A stretch of 64,000 bases of DNA from Bacillota bacterium (GCA_012735505.1 JAAYHE010000081.1:9461-73460), one strand, 5' to 3'; numbered from the stretch's first letter, positions 46,740-57,871 are shown. A program made the numbers and translations. The notes: a model not told the origin generated them from the letters alone.

Positions 46740-47819
46740 TTATCGGCCTCTGGCAGCCCTATATTCGGCTAACAAAAGGTCTACCATGCGACCATAGCTC
46801 TGTATGCCATCGGCTTGTTGATTTGACTTGAGGTAAACATCGTTCAGCTGCCCGGCCACCCGTTCGATCGGCCCTGCAAAGGCTTGCCAAAATGCTTGGT
46901 TGGCTTTGAGGTCGCGGTCAAGGCCGGGGCTATATTTGGTCCGTAAATCAGCATAGGCGGCAGGATCGCTAGCCTGCAGGGCGCGCATAGCGTTAGTGAG
47001 GGCCAATAATACTCCCGAATATTGAAATTCGACATCGGGATGGAAGCTACACGCCAGATAGGCTATATAATTGGCCTCATCTTCTCGCGCAAAACCACGC
47101 TGGTGGGCCATTTCATGGCACGCTACCACCGGAATATTAAGATCTGGCATGGTCATATTTACATTGGCTTCGCCTGTGAAAGGAAAATACATGCCAGCCG
47201 TTCCCGTATATGACCACCAGTAAGACAATTGTACACCCTTAGGACGACCATAACGACCGCCGAAGATAGGCCAGCGTCGCGCCAACTGCTCATAACCGAT
47301 GTCAGCTCGAGATAGGGCCCGCCACTTGCCCCCGGGCAGGGTCATGACTTGGTTCGCGTCTTCGGCAACTTGTTGGCGTAATTCGTTAGCCCGATCTAAC
47401 AGATCGGCACACAAACTAGCAAGCACTTCTGGGGTTGACGGTTGCAGTGGCAAAGCTAACGACAACGCTAAGGGTTGACGGTGATAATTGAGGCCCCACA
47501 GCAAAGTAAAGCCAATATATGCTAGGAGGGCGTAGCTGAACAAGCGTTCCAAGTAGCGCAACCACAGCCGCGGCCGTCGCCACGCTTTTATCAATCCATA
47601 TAGAAGCAAGAAGGGCAGAATAATGACCAAGGCCTCTGCTAGCGAAAACGGCAGAATACTAGTAAGGGAGCTAAGCAAGCGTCCTATCGGCGGATAAAGC
47701 AACCTAGCATAAATGTGTTCTACCCAGACAGGCATTCTAGGAGCCACATAATTCAAGCCAAAGGCCAGTAGGCCTAGGGCGATAAGCCTAATGTATTTCC
47801 TCCTCGGCTTCACTCTCAT
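46740..47819 (-). CDS. DUF3810-family membrane-associated putative zinc metallopeptidase
   Basis: HExxH (VVACHEMAHQ), N-terminal TM segments. Start at MRVKP, which has an AGGAGG RBS. Confidence 0.6.
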   Translation of the reverse strand: MRVKPRRKYIRLIALGLLAFGLNYVAPRMPVWVEHIYARLLYPPIGRLLSSLTSILPFSLAEALVIILPFLLLYGLIKAWRRPRLWLRYLERLFSYALLAYIGFTLLWGLNYHRQPLALSLALPLQPSTPEVLASLCADLLDRANELRQQVAEDANQVMTLPGGKWRALSRADIGYEQLARRWPIFGGRYGRPKGVQLSYWWSYTGTAGMYFPFTGEANVNMTMPDLNIPVVACHEMAHQRGFAREDEANYIAYLACSFHPDVEFQYSGVLLALTNAMRALQASDPAAYADLRTKYSPGLDRDLKANQAFWQAFAGPIERVAGQLNDVYLKSNQQADGIQSYGRMVDLLLAEYRAARGR

Positions 47820-48043
47820 TCCTCCTGAGTTACTCCGGGCAAGATGGTTGAAACGGGCTCCTCCGCTCTTTTGATTACGGCTCCCATGCGCTTTACAGAT
47901 GACGCGCACCGCCCCTTATAATGGCCGGCGTGCAGTCATGCGGGCCTGGAATTACTGCTTAAGCCCGTTGGAGCCTGCTCCAGGGCCCAAGCAGTTGCCC
48001 AGGCCAAAAACATATGTGGCGAAAGGAAGAACACCTGCAACTA

Positions 48044-49495
48044 CTACCGTAGAGGTGCCCGTCTGTCCGTGGAACGAACTCTAGAACCGCGCGAGCGCTG
48101 TTTCCCGTGGCGCCGATCACCACGGTAGCCACCGTCACGCCGGCGCGCCTGTCCGCCCCTGCGCTCTTTCACCCGCACCGGCGTTTCTGCTGTGATTTTA
48201 ACCGGCGTCAGATCAGGCTCTCGTGTTAACATCTTTAAAGCGGCGGCCAAGAGCGTTACCGAATCGCTGCATGCTAAGAGTTCTGCAGCCGCACCCCGAT
48301 AATTGTCTACATGCTCATCAGCAGCAATCTGTAGCAGATTCTCAGCCACAGACTTTAGCTGCTTCTGCCAGGCATCGGCCATCGTCGGGATAGGCATACG
48401 CTCTAAACGGCGGCGAATCAAATACTCTAGCTGCCGCAAGTAGCCCATTTCCCGTGGCGTGACGAAACTGATGGCGATTCCGCTCGCCCCAGCTCGTCCT
48501 GTACGGCCAATACGATGCACATACCATTCGGGATCTTGCGGCACATCAAAGTTGTACACGTGGGTGACACCATCAATATCTAATCCGCGGGCAGCTACGT
48601 CAGTGGCAACCAATATATCTACCTGGCCCGACCGGAACTTGCGCATTACTAGATCGCGGCGGGCTTGGGTCATATCACCATGAATCCCCGCTGCTGCGTA
48701 TCCCCGTACACCTAACGCCGTTAAGACTTCGTCTACCCGGCGTTTGGTTCGACCAAAAACAATAGCTAACTCAGGGGCTTGCATGTCTAGTAAACGGCAT
48801 AGAGTATCGAATTTCTGCTGTTCAGCTACTTCTATGTAAAACTGCTCGATATTAGGCATCGTTAATTCTCTTGCCTGGATAGTAATCTCACGTGGGTCTT
48901 GCATAAAACGGCCTGCTAAGCGCCTAATGGCTGCAGGCATGGTAGCTGAGAACAGCATGGTTTGTCGTTTCTCCGGCAATTCCTGTAAAATGAGCTCAAT
49001 ATCTTCTAAGAAACCCATATTGAGCATTTCATCCGCTTCGTCGAGCACAACTGTGCGTATATTGCCTAGCCGTATAGTCCGACGCCGAATATGATCTAAT
49101 AAACGCCCCGGAGTACCGGCTACAATCTGTGGCCGCTTTTTGAGAGCGCGAATCTGCCGCGAGATGTCTTGGCCCCCATAGATCGGTATGGTAGCCACGC
49201 CACGATAGCGCCCAATGCGGTTTAGCTCTTCAGCTACTTGCACCGCTAACTCCCGGGTTGGCGCTAGCACTAAACCTTGCAAAGCTGCGTCATTCAAATC
49301 TACCTGCTCAACTAGCGGTATGCCAAACGCAGCTGTTTTGCCAGTACCTGTTTGCGCCTGCCCAATGAGGTCATGGCCAGCTAGAGCAAGGGGAAGGGCC
49401 TGCTCTTGAATAGGCGAGGCTTCTTCGAATCCCATATCAATTACAGCTTTAAGGACTTCAGGGCTAAGGCCGAAATCACTAAATACTCTTGTCAC
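48044..49495 (-). CDS. DEAD-box ATP-dependent RNA helicase (CshA-like) with Arg/Gly-rich C-terminal tail
   Basis: Q-motif, [15 protein letters not shown] and HRIGRTGR motifs; C-terminus [23 protein letters not shown]. Confidence 0.85.
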   Translation of the reverse strand: MTRVFSDFGLSPEVLKAVIDMGFEEASPIQEQALPLALAGHDLIGQAQTGTGKTAAFGIPLVEQVDLNDAALQGLVLAPTRELAVQVAEELNRIGRYRGVATIPIYGGQDISRQIRALKKRPQIVAGTPGRLLDHIRRRTIRLGNIRTVVLDEADEMLNMGFLEDIELILQELPEKRQTMLFSATMPAAIRRLAGRFMQDPREITIQARELTMPNIEQFYIEVAEQQKFDTLCRLLDMQAPELAIVFGRTKRRVDEVLTALGVRGYAAAGIHGDMTQARRDLVMRKFRSGQVDILVATDVAARGLDIDGVTHVYNFDVPQDPEWYVHRIGRTGRAGASGIAISFVTPREMGYLRQLEYLIRRRLERMPIPTMADAWQKQLKSVAENLLQIAADEHVDNYRGAAAELLACSDSVTLLAAALKMLTREPDLTPVKITAETPVRVKERRGGQARRRDGGYRGDRRHGKQRSRGSRVRSTDRRAPLR

Positions 49496-49671
49496 TGTGT
49501 GGTTACTCCTTTCTTAGGGAGAGGTTCTCGGCTACCACTAGTATGTGCTTTACCTGCCTCAAGTTAGCCTTTAAAAGTCGCATACCGCTCATGGGCACGC
49601 CAACACAGACACGAGAACCAATACTTAGTTAGTAGTTGCGAGCGAACAGTGATTCCAACCCATTTTTGCCG

Positions 49672-49700
49672 GAAGAAAAGCCAGGGGCAACCTGGCCCCC
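49672..49700 (-). terminator. Putative terminator after the U32 peptidase gene
   Basis: GGGGGCCAGG-UUGCC-CCUGGC followed by UUUUCUUCC on the minus strand. Confidence 0.45.
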
Positions 49701-49714
49701 GGCCGATACTTATA

Positions 49715-50935
49715 CTAGGACAAAGGCCGCCGCAGCAGACTCATAGGAGCAATTGGTTTTTGGCAAGGCAGAGCAACACGCATTTGTGCATGGCGGGCGG
49801 CATCAACAGCCTCACCTGTTTCTGTTTGTAAAGCAACAACCGCCATCTGACCACCCTCTCCTTGCGGAGCGAGAACTTCTAGGGTGTCACCGACTTGAAA
49901 ATGATTGCGTTGCTCTACCCACAGCAGCTGCTTGTCCGGGTCGTAGCTTTCTACCACACCGACAAAGTCATACTGCCTCTGGTAAAGTTCTCCTTTATAT
50001 ACATGATCCTCGGGACCGGGGTGACCAAAATAGAAACCGGTAGTAAAGCCGCGGTTAGATGCCTTTTTTAGTTCTTCCAACCAATGTGGTTGGCTACGAT
50101 AATTGGCCGGGTCAACAAAATAGGCATCCAGTGCCTCCCGGTATACTTTCGTTACCGTGGCAACATAGTGTACGCTCTTCATGCGCCCTTCGATTTTTAA
50201 GCTTGAAAGCCCTACCGTTAACAACTGGGGCAGGTGCTCAATCATGCACAGATCTTTGGAGTTCATGATATAGCTGCCCCGTTCATCCTCAAAAATGGGA
50301 AAATATTGCCCAGGCCTTTTTTCTTCTACTAGATGATATTTGTAACGGCACGGTTGAGCGCAGGCGCCGCGATTGGCGTCTCGACCGGTCAGGTAATTGC
50401 TGAGTAAGCAACGACCCGAATAGGATATACACATGGCACCGTGTACAAAAGCTTCTAGCTCAACATCTACGCGCCGCTTAATCTCTGCAATTTCACCTAA
50501 AGACAGCTCTCGAGCCAAAATAATCCTTGTTACACCTAGATCTGCCCAAAATTGAGCGGAAGCGTAATTAACTACGTTGGCTTGGGTACTGAGGTGACGC
50601 TCCACCTGGGGAGCGACAGCCTTAGCAGCAAGTAGCACCCCCGGATCAGAAATAATAAAGGCATCTACACCTAGATCGGCTAAATCGGCTAAATAGTCGT
50701 TAAGGCCGACTAGATCTTCGTTATGGGGAATGATGTTCACAGTAACATAAACCCGTGCACCTCGGGCATGGGCAAAAGCAACTCCGGCAGCAATGTCATC
50801 CATAGTAAAGTTGCCGGCATATGCACGCAAGCCCCACTGGGGGCCTCCTAAATAGACGGCATCAGCGCCGTAGGTGATAGCAAACTTTAGTTTTTCTAAG
50901 TTTCCCGCAGGAGCTAATAGTTCTGGCTTTGTCAT
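49715..50935 (-). CDS. Peptidase U32 family protein
   Basis: MTKPELLAPAGNLEKLKFAITYGADAVYLGG is the canonical U32 N-terminus. Start at MTKPE with an AGGAGA RBS. Confidence 0.8.
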   Translation of the reverse strand: MTKPELLAPAGNLEKLKFAITYGADAVYLGGPQWGLRAYAGNFTMDDIAAGVAFAHARGARVYVTVNIIPHNEDLVGLNDYLADLADLGVDAFIISDPGVLLAAKAVAPQVERHLSTQANVVNYASAQFWADLGVTRIILARELSLGEIAEIKRRVDVELEAFVHGAMCISYSGRCLLSNYLTGRDANRGACAQPCRYKYHLVEEKRPGQYFPIFEDERGSYIMNSKDLCMIEHLPQLLTVGLSSLKIEGRMKSVHYVATVTKVYREALDAYFVDPANYRSQPHWLEELKKASNRGFTTGFYFGHPGPEDHVYKGELYQRQYDFVGVVESYDPDKQLLWVEQRNHFQVGDTLEVLAPQGEGGQMAVVALQTETGEAVDAARHAQMRVALPCQKPIAPMSLLRRPLS

Positions 50936-50988
50936 CGATTTTTCTCCTTCATACATGGATTAACTCATAGCAAGGCAAAAGTGCTATC

Positions 50989-52086
50989 TTAGCGAGAACG
51001 AATTGCCCGCGTAGCTTGTTGGTGTTCGGCAAAAGTCTTGCTAAAAACATGTTCTCCGCTGCCATCTTCTTTAGCGACAAAGTAATAATAGGGTGTTGAG
51101 GCAGGGTTGATGACTGCCCGTATGGAGGCAGCACCCGGATTGGCAATAGGTCCGATGGGCAGCCCGTCTACGACATAGGTATTATAAGGGGAATCTATTG
51201 CCATGTCTTTATCACTCAGCCTCGGTTTAGGAAAACCGAGCAGATACTGTACCGTTGCGCACGACTGTAAGCGTTGATTAATTCTCAACCGGTTGTAAAA
51301 GACGCCAGCAATCGTAGCCCTTTCCTTCTCGACAACAGCTTCTTTTTCTACAATCGAAGCCAAAGCAATCAACTGATCTAAAGTAAGGGGCACAGGTGTA
51401 TCCTGCGTCGGCTCCCCCTGAAATACGCTAGCCGGCAGCAAGGACTCGGTCACTTCCCGAAAGCGATTGAGCATTATGCTAACTATTTCTTGTGCTGGCA
51501 TGCCAGGTAAGAACTTATAGGTATCGGGGAATAGATAGCCCTCTAATCTACGCTCAGGTTCTAACTCCTTCGCTGCTTCCTCGAGCACCGGGTATGGCAG
51601 GGGAGCAATCTTCACATAATCGATAAATTCTTCTGCTGAAATAATCCCTTTGGCAGCCAATACTTCCGCAATTTGTTTACTAGTGTAACCTTCAGGAATG
51701 GTTACGCTAATAGTTTGATCCATTGTATCTCCGGCACGCAGCCTTTCTAGCAGTCGTTTAGGGCTCTCGCTAGGAGACATTTCATAGATCCCAGCTTGCA
51801 TACGCCCACTGGCACCTGTCAATCTACCTAATATATGAAAAGCAGTGGAGCTTCTTATCAACCCAGCTTCTTCTAACTGCTTTGCAATCTGCAGGGCGCT
51901 ACTCCCGGGTTCGATCATTACTATTTGAGTTTCATTTACAGCTGAACGACGCACGGGGCTGAACAGAATCAGTACCCCGGCTACTGATAGGGTGAGAAAG
52001 AGGCAAGCCACTAGAATTAACCACTGACCGCGCCTCATTTTACTTAAGAATGATTTTGTTTGGCTAAACCAATTGTGCTTTTGCAT
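50989..52086 (-). CDS. mltG: Endolytic murein transglycosylase MltG (YceG-like)
   Basis: N-terminal TM segment and a YceG domain. Start at MQKHN with RBS. Bacillus yrrL synteny. Confidence 0.8.
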   Translation of the reverse strand: MQKHNWFSQTKSFLSKMRRGQWLILVACLFLTLSVAGVLILFSPVRRSAVNETQIVMIEPGSSALQIAKQLEEAGLIRSSTAFHILGRLTGASGRMQAGIYEMSPSESPKRLLERLRAGDTMDQTISVTIPEGYTSKQIAEVLAAKGIISAEEFIDYVKIAPLPYPVLEEAAKELEPERRLEGYLFPDTYKFLPGMPAQEIVSIMLNRFREVTESLLPASVFQGEPTQDTPVPLTLDQLIALASIVEKEAVVEKERATIAGVFYNRLRINQRLQSCATVQYLLGFPKPRLSDKDMAIDSPYNTYVVDGLPIGPIANPGAASIRAVINPASTPYYYFVAKEDGSGEHVFSKTFAEHQQATRAIRSR

Positions 52087-52205
52087 AAAATCAGCTCCTA
52101 GCAAGCAAACAATCCTAGATAAGATGATTATAACGTTCAGCCAAACAAAAGGGAACCCGTGTCTAACGGGCTCCCTTTTCCCTCTATATATAAACAAACC
52201 AAGCC

Positions 52206-52520
52206 TTATTGGACGTCGTCATCCTCGTCGTCTTCCAAAGCTTCTTCTTCGATGAGTTCTTCCCAAGCAGTTACTACCTTTTCCCATTCCTCGTCGTCCT
52301 CAATGTCGACAAGGATCTCCTCGTCGTCCTCGTCTAAGGCAAAACGCATAATCACGTAACCTTCATCTTCGGACTCCTCATCCACCGGATATAGGATAGC
52401 ATAGCTGTTGCCGTCAACCTCAATCACGTCAACGATCTCGAATTCATATTCGTTACCGTCTTCGTCGGTCAGGATAACGAACTCCTCAAGATGCTCATGC
52501 CCATGTTCATGCTCGGTCAT
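52206..52520 (-). CDS. DUF1292 (YrzB-like) acidic protein
   Basis: 104 aa, highly acidic (..DEDGNEYEFEIVDVIEVDGNSYAILYP..). Conserved ruvX-yrzB-mltG order. Confidence 0.75.
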   Translation of the reverse strand: MTEHEHGHEHLEEFVILTDEDGNEYEFEIVDVIEVDGNSYAILYPVDEESEDEGYVIMRFALDEDDEEILVDIEDDEEWEKVVTAWEELIEEEALEDDEDDDVQ

Positions 52521-52550
52521 AGTTACACCTCATTTCCATAATGTAGCTAC

Positions 52551-52579
52551 ATTTTACAGGAGCCCCCTGTAAAAGTCAA
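52551..52579 (-). promoter_or_regulatory. Sigma-A-type promoter for DUF1292-mltG-U32
   Basis: Minus strand TTGACT-17-TAAAAT, about 30 nt upstream of the RBS. Confidence 0.4.
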
Positions 52580-52722
52580 TCAGAAGTCAAGCTTTTTCCA
52601 GTATCACGCTCATGCTATCGGCTGGCTGTAAATCAGCACGCCACACGTAAGACACATCGAGATCATAGATCAAAGAATGCATCTTACTACATACATTTTA
52701 CCCGCTTTACCGAGCCTTAAAC

Positions 52723-53142
52723 CTAGTGGGAAGATTGGCGGCGCGCAAGGTGTACTTCCAGAATCAATTGGGCGGCTATCATGTCGACAACTTGTTGGCG
52801 TTTTTGCCGACGCACATCACCAGTGATTAACACCCGTTCGGCCGCCACACTAGTCAAACGTTCGTCCACATAAAAAACGGAGATCCCCCGCTCTTGCAAA
52901 GCTTGTCCTATCTCTTCAGCTACCAGAACTTGGGGCCCCTTGCTCCCACTCATGTGTAAAGGCAAGCCGATGGCTACCTCAGAAGCTTGATAACGATCGA
53001 TAATTTCCTGTAGCTTGGCCAAATCGGCAGCGAGGTGCGACCTGCGGATGACAGTCACTCCTTGCGCCGTCAGACCCAGCGGATCGTTGACAGCCACACC
53101 AATAGTCTTATTGCCCACATCTAGGCCTAAAATACGCTGCAT
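52723..53142 (-). CDS. ruvX: Holliday-junction-resolvase-like pre-16S rRNA nuclease RuvX/YqgF
   Basis: [20 protein letters not shown] is the canonical YqgF N-terminus. Start ATG overlaps the stop of the upstream AKR gene (ATGA). Confidence 0.85.
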   Translation of the reverse strand: MQRILGLDVGNKTIGVAVNDPLGLTAQGVTVIRRSHLAADLAKLQEIIDRYQASEVAIGLPLHMSGSKGPQVLVAEEIGQALQERGISVFYVDERLTSVAAERVLITGDVRRQKRQQVVDMIAAQLILEVHLARRQSSH

Positions 53143-54098
53143 CATATCACCTTCAAACAAAAATGAGGGCAGGCGCGGCTGCAATAACCACAGAACACGC
53201 ACCGGCTGAGATCAACACGGGCACGCTCGTTTTCTATGCGCAGTGCGCCGCTGGCACAAGCTTCTACACAGCGGCCACAGCCTTCACACCAATCTTCTAT
53301 GTGTAGTTTTCGCGCTTGCCGGGCCAACTTAGTCTGCAAATCTTGGGGTACCGGCTGCCCAGTAAAATATAATAGGTTAGCTGCCAATTCTGCTTCGTTT
53401 TGCATACCTACCGCTACAGCTGCTAGCTCGGGAATGTCCAGCACAAAACCGAAAGCGGCGCCTACGTCTTGATGCAGATGTCCGCCAGCTAGAGCCTTCA
53501 TCCCGTACACGCCTTTTCCCATTTGCCCCGCAAATTGGATGGCAGTCACCATATCGTCGGCATTACCATCAACAATACCCCAGCCAGCCTTGTTGATTAG
53601 GGGATGAATCACATCCACCCCTGGATGTAAGGCACCTGCCCGCGCCCCCGCAACCGTATGCGTAGAAATGCCAGTAGCGCGAACCAAGCCTTGCTCCTTC
53701 GCTCGCTGCAAATACTCCAGAGCCTCATCATGCCCCTTGAGTGTAAGGCTAGACTCTTGTTCGTGCAAGAGGAAGACATCAATATAATCGCGCTTCAGTT
53801 CGCGCAGAGCTTTCTCCAGGCTGTCCTGCATCTGCTCCGCCGTATAAGCATAGGACTTAGTCGCTATGTGCACTTTGTGCGACCAGCCCCGCTCCAATGC
53901 CCAGCGAATGTGATGATAATTATCATAGCTTTCCGCGGTGTCCACAAAATTTATTCCCATGGCGAAGGCGGCCTCTAACAACTGGCCGCCTTCCTTTACA
54001 CTCAGGTTTGCCTGCAACCGAGACATGGTTAATGATCCAAAGCAAAGCCGCGAAACTAAGAGACCGGTTTGGCCTAAAAGCCGGTATTCCAGACTCAC
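53142..54098 (-). CDS. Aldo/keto reductase fused to a C-terminal 2x[4Fe-4S] ferredoxin domain
   Basis: AKR N-terminus [24 protein letters not shown].. and C-terminus [11 protein letters not shown]...[12 protein letters not shown] (two CxxCxxCxxxCP motifs). Confidence 0.75.
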   Translation of the reverse strand: MSLEYRLLGQTGLLVSRLCFGSLTMSRLQANLSVKEGGQLLEAAFAMGINFVDTAESYDNYHHIRWALERGWSHKVHIATKSYAYTAEQMQDSLEKALRELKRDYIDVFLLHEQESSLTLKGHDEALEYLQRAKEQGLVRATGISTHTVAGARAGALHPGVDVIHPLINKAGWGIVDGNADDMVTAIQFAGQMGKGVYGMKALAGGHLHQDVGAAFGFVLDIPELAAVAVGMQNEAELAANLLYFTGQPVPQDLQTKLARQARKLHIEDWCEGCGRCVEACASGALRIENERARVDLSRCVFCGYCSRACPHFCLKVI

Positions 54099-54349
54099 TT
54101 GAGATAATGCCTGAGCAACTCTTCTAGAATTTCATCACGCTCGATGCGGCGAATCAAATTGCGAGCGTTGTTATGGCTAGTAATATAAGCGGGATCTCCA
54201 GAGAGTAGGTACCCGGTAATGTTAAAGTGAGGATTATAACCTTTCTCTTGCAGGGCGGCCGCTACAGCAAGTAGGATACGATGCACTTCTTCCTTGCGTC
54301 CCGTATCGACTTTAGGAATAACTCTGGTTGCCTCATGATTGTCTGGCAT
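54095..54349 (-). CDS. ireB: UPF0297/DUF965 protein IreB (YrzL-like)
   Basis: 84 aa. ..[47 protein letters not shown].. matches the YrzL family; sits upstream of ruvX as in Bacillus. Confidence 0.7.
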   Translation of the reverse strand: MPDNHEATRVIPKVDTGRKEEVHRILLAVAAALQEKGYNPHFNITGYLLSGDPAYITSHNNARNLIRRIERDEILEELLRHYLK

Positions 54350-54453
54350 TTAGCTCCCCCCTTTAAGCTTCTTATTTCTGTCTATTCAACGGTTACTAGT
54401 GATTTCCTTTGTTGACCGTGTTTCAATTTCATTACAATGGCCAACAACTAACA

Positions 54454-57087
54454 CTAGCGCGCAGCTAGCTGCTCCCGTACTAACTTGACTACCTGGTCTA
54501 GAGCATGGGGCAGCTTGTCCGGACTCTTACCGCCTGCTTGTGCCATTTGCGGACGGCCGCCACCTCCCCCGTCGGTCAGCTTGGCTACCTCTTTAATCAG
54601 CTTGCCGGCATGGAGCTGTCGCGGAATCAGATCCTCAGTAACCATAGCTACCAGGTTCACTTTCTCTTCTACTACGGCTCCGAGCACGATTACTCCGCTC
54701 TGGAGTTTATCTTTAACAGTATCTGCTATCTGGCGCAAGCTATCCATATCTTTAGCCATGACTTGACGAGCCACTACTCGTACTCCCTCTACCGTCGGGG
54801 CATCAGCCAAGAAGCTATCTACTTCCTGGGCTGCTAGACGACTGCGGAGGATTTCTGCTTCTCGCTGCGCCTCCCGCAGCATGACTAGCGTGGCTTCCAT
54901 CCGACGAGGAGCTTCAGCTACCGATACCTTAAGCATGGTCGCCATCTTCGCTAATCTCTCCTCTTGCTCGAGCGCATACCGGTAAGCCCGTTCCCCAGTG
55001 ACAGCCTCTAAACGCCTGAGGCCTGCGCCGATACCACTTTCGGAGAGCAAGCGGAACTGGCCTATCATGCCAACATTAGGAACATGCGTACCGCCGCAGA
55101 GCTCGCTGGTGAAGTCGCCCATGCTGATCACCCGTACTATGTCCTCGTATTTCTCACCAAATAAGGCAATGGCACCTTGCTCTTTCGCCTCCTGTAAAGA
55201 CATTTCATTAGCCTCGACAGAGAGACCTGCTAGGATCTGCTGGTTGACTAAGTATTCGACTTGACGCATTTCATCGGCGCTTAAGGGGCTGAAATGGGAA
55301 AAGTCAAAGCGTAAATGATCGGCTTCTACTAAAGAACCGGCTTGGTGAGCATGTGGCCCTAAGACTATTTGCAGGGCTTTATGCACTAAGTGGGTGGCTG
55401 AATGGGCACGCTGAATCGCTTGCCTCCGCTCCCAATCGATCTGCAGAGTTAGCTCCTGGCCCACCTGGACACGACCAGAGTGCACTAAACAATGATGCAA
55501 GAGTTTATCTCCTGCTACCTTGGTCACCTTCTGTACCTCTAGCCGCACATCATCCCCGCTGATTTCTCCGATATCAGCCACCTGGCCACCTGCCTCAGCA
55601 TAAAAGACAGTTTGATCAAAAAGCAGCCCTACCTCTTGGCCGGCAATTGCCTCCTGCACCAGCTGGTCGTTGCTGGCAATAGCAATAACCCGGGCCGAAC
55701 AACGCTGATCATCATACCCAATAAACACATCGCCCCCGGAAATATCACTAAATATTCCCTGTTTACCAAAGTCACTTTCTATGCCGACCCGTGCGCCCCG
55801 AGCACGCTCCCGTTGTTCGGCCATAGCCTGCTCGAAGCCGGCCCGATCTACTGCGAGACCATGTTCAGCTGCAATCTCCTCGGTTAGATCTAATGGGAAA
55901 CCAAAGGTATCGTAGAGGCGGAAAGCATCTTGCCCCTTTAAGACAGTTTGACCAGCAGCACGCAATTCATCAATCAGGCTATTGAGCAAACTAACACCTT
56001 CATCAAGGGTTTCATGAAACCTCTCTTCTTCTAGCCGAATTACTCGCTCAACAAACTCTTGATTTTGCTGCAAGTCGGGATAGCCGGCAGCCATAGCTGC
56101 AATTACAGGGCCGACGAGCTGGTATAGAAAGGGCTCATTCAATCCTAGGGTTTTGCCGAAGCGGACAGCCCTACGAATGAGGCGCCTAATTACATAACCT
56201 CTTCCCTCGTTTGACGGCAAAGCCCCATCGCTGATAGCAAATACGACTGCCCGCGTGTGGTCGGCGATAACATTAAAAGCCATCGTCTGGGGCTGATTCT
56301 GCTCGTAGGGGTAACCCGACAGGTCTGTAATAGCCTGCATTATCGGTTGAAACAAGTCAATGGCGAAGTTGCTGCTAACGCCTTGCACCACTGCTGCTAA
56401 TCGTTCTAATCCCATTCCGGTGTCAATATTCTTACGCGGCAAGGGCTTGTAGCTCCCATCCTCCTGGTGCTCAAACTGGGAAAAGACATGGTTCCAAACT
56501 TCGAGGTAACGATCGCAGTCACAACCTACGCCACAGCTAGGGGAGCCACAGCCAAACTCGGGACCTTGGTCGAAATGGACCTCGGAATTGGGGCCACACG
56601 GACCTGGGCCAATGTCCCAAAAATTATCTTCTGTCTCGATGAGGCGCTGTGGCGGCAAGCCGATTACGTCAAGCCAAATACGGCGTGCCTCCTCATCTTC
56701 TGGATGAATCGTAGCCCACATCCTATCTTCTGGCAGGCCGACGACATCTTTGAGAAACTCCCAACCCCACACCAGGGTTTCTTCCTTGAAGTAGTCACCA
56801 ATGGAGAAACTACCTAACATCTCGAAAAAGGTATGATGCCGTGCCGTTTTTCCCACGTTCTCTATGTCGTTAGTGCGAATACATTTTTGTGAGTTGGCCA
56901 TACGAGGATTCTTAGGCACTTGCTGCCCTGAGAAAAAGGGTTTCAGAGGCGCCATACCGGCGTTAATCCAAAGCAAAGTCGGATCATCTTGCGGCACTAG
57001 AGGAGCACTAGGCAAGATTTCATGTCCCTTGCTAGCAAAAAAATCTAAGAACAAATGCCTTAACTCGTTAGCGCTTCTATATTTCAT
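54454..57087 (-). CDS. alaS: Alanine--tRNA ligase
   Basis: 877 aa. FLDFFASKGH..LWINAGM.. class II core, editing-domain HxxxH motifs and C-terminal DHHA1 (GGGGG). RBS AAGGAGG sits inside the upstream gene. Confidence 0.95.
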   Translation of the reverse strand: MKYRSANELRHLFLDFFASKGHEILPSAPLVPQDDPTLLWINAGMAPLKPFFSGQQVPKNPRMANSQKCIRTNDIENVGKTARHHTFFEMLGSFSIGDYFKEETLVWGWEFLKDVVGLPEDRMWATIHPEDEEARRIWLDVIGLPPQRLIETEDNFWDIGPGPCGPNSEVHFDQGPEFGCGSPSCGVGCDCDRYLEVWNHVFSQFEHQEDGSYKPLPRKNIDTGMGLERLAAVVQGVSSNFAIDLFQPIMQAITDLSGYPYEQNQPQTMAFNVIADHTRAVVFAISDGALPSNEGRGYVIRRLIRRAVRFGKTLGLNEPFLYQLVGPVIAAMAAGYPDLQQNQEFVERVIRLEEERFHETLDEGVSLLNSLIDELRAAGQTVLKGQDAFRLYDTFGFPLDLTEEIAAEHGLAVDRAGFEQAMAEQRERARGARVGIESDFGKQGIFSDISGGDVFIGYDDQRCSARVIAIASNDQLVQEAIAGQEVGLLFDQTVFYAEAGGQVADIGEISGDDVRLEVQKVTKVAGDKLLHHCLVHSGRVQVGQELTLQIDWERRQAIQRAHSATHLVHKALQIVLGPHAHQAGSLVEADHLRFDFSHFSPLSADEMRQVEYLVNQQILAGLSVEANEMSLQEAKEQGAIALFGEKYEDIVRVISMGDFTSELCGGTHVPNVGMIGQFRLLSESGIGAGLRRLEAVTGERAYRYALEQEERLAKMATMLKVSVAEAPRRMEATLVMLREAQREAEILRSRLAAQEVDSFLADAPTVEGVRVVARQVMAKDMDSLRQIADTVKDKLQSGVIVLGAVVEEKVNLVAMVTEDLIPRQLHAGKLIKEVAKLTDGGGGGRPQMAQAGGKSPDKLPHALDQVVKLVREQLAAR

Positions 57088-57847
57088 TTCTTTCGTCCTC
57101 CTTTAGCGGCATGTACGTAAGCAAAGCTTGCGCTAGCTTAGCCGAAGCTTTGCTAGCTTCTTTCACATTAGCATAAAAATATTGGTTAGCACTGGCTGTG
57201 CCTGTATCGGTAATACCCCGCAAACAGATAAATGGCACACCCTTACGAGCACAAACTTGAGCCACAGCAAAGCTTTCCATATCGACAGCCACAACCTCCG
57301 CAGACTCGGGCAGCAGGCTATGTTGTTCATCGCTGACAAAGAAGGAGTTGCCGGTGTAAATACTAGCCAGCTGCCAATGCAGTTCTTCGGTCCGCCTTAC
57401 TTGTTGAACCAGCTGCAGTAAAGATGGGGCTGGACGTAGACAATTGGTTTTAAGAACGTCGACGTAACTCCGTTTGTTTGTCCACTCGGGTGTGATGGGC
57501 CCGCCCAAATCCAAGTCCCATTGACAGTGCTCGAAACCGACCACTACGTCGGTAATTTCTACTTCTCCCCTCGGATCGTTGATTAAGGCCGCTGTTCCCA
57601 AATTAAGCACCACATCGGGTTGATAAAAATGTAATAAATCACAAGCACCGATGGCGGCATTAGTCGTACCCACTCCCGCTTGGACAATGACATATTCCAT
57701 TCCGTCACGTCTACCCCTCGCTACTTGCGAATAGTATCGCTCCTCGATTTGGGCATCCGGAATTAGCTGTTGGTAGATAGCGTTAAATTCTGGCACCATC
57801 GCTACCACAATGCCTACGACCGTGGTCGTTTTGCTACTGCTACTCAA
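57077..57847 (-). CDS. MTA/SAH-nucleosidase-like PNP/UDP-1 family protein
   Basis: VVGIVVAMVPE.., AVDMESFAVAQVC and GITDTG parallel the MtnN/Pfs blocks (VEMEATAIA, ISDVAD). Start at TTG 57847 after RBS AGGAGTGGAGGA. Overlaps the alaS start by 11 nt. Confidence 0.6.
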   Translation of the reverse strand: MSSSSKTTTVVGIVVAMVPEFNAIYQQLIPDAQIEERYYSQVARGRRDGMEYVIVQAGVGTTNAAIGACDLLHFYQPDVVLNLGTAALINDPRGEVEITDVVVGFEHCQWDLDLGGPITPEWTNKRSYVDVLKTNCLRPAPSLLQLVQQVRRTEELHWQLASIYTGNSFFVSDEQHSLLPESAEVVAVDMESFAVAQVCARKGVPFICLRGITDTGTASANQYFYANVKEASKASAKLAQALLTYMPLKEDERNEI

Positions 57848-57871
57848 ATATCCTCCACTCCTTATTGGCAT

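Noticed and set aside
57087-57110. A separate T-box or leader immediately upstream of alaS
   Set aside because: There is no intergenic space; the alaS start overlaps the upstream nucleosidase-like gene. The only leader is the T-box upstream of that gene.
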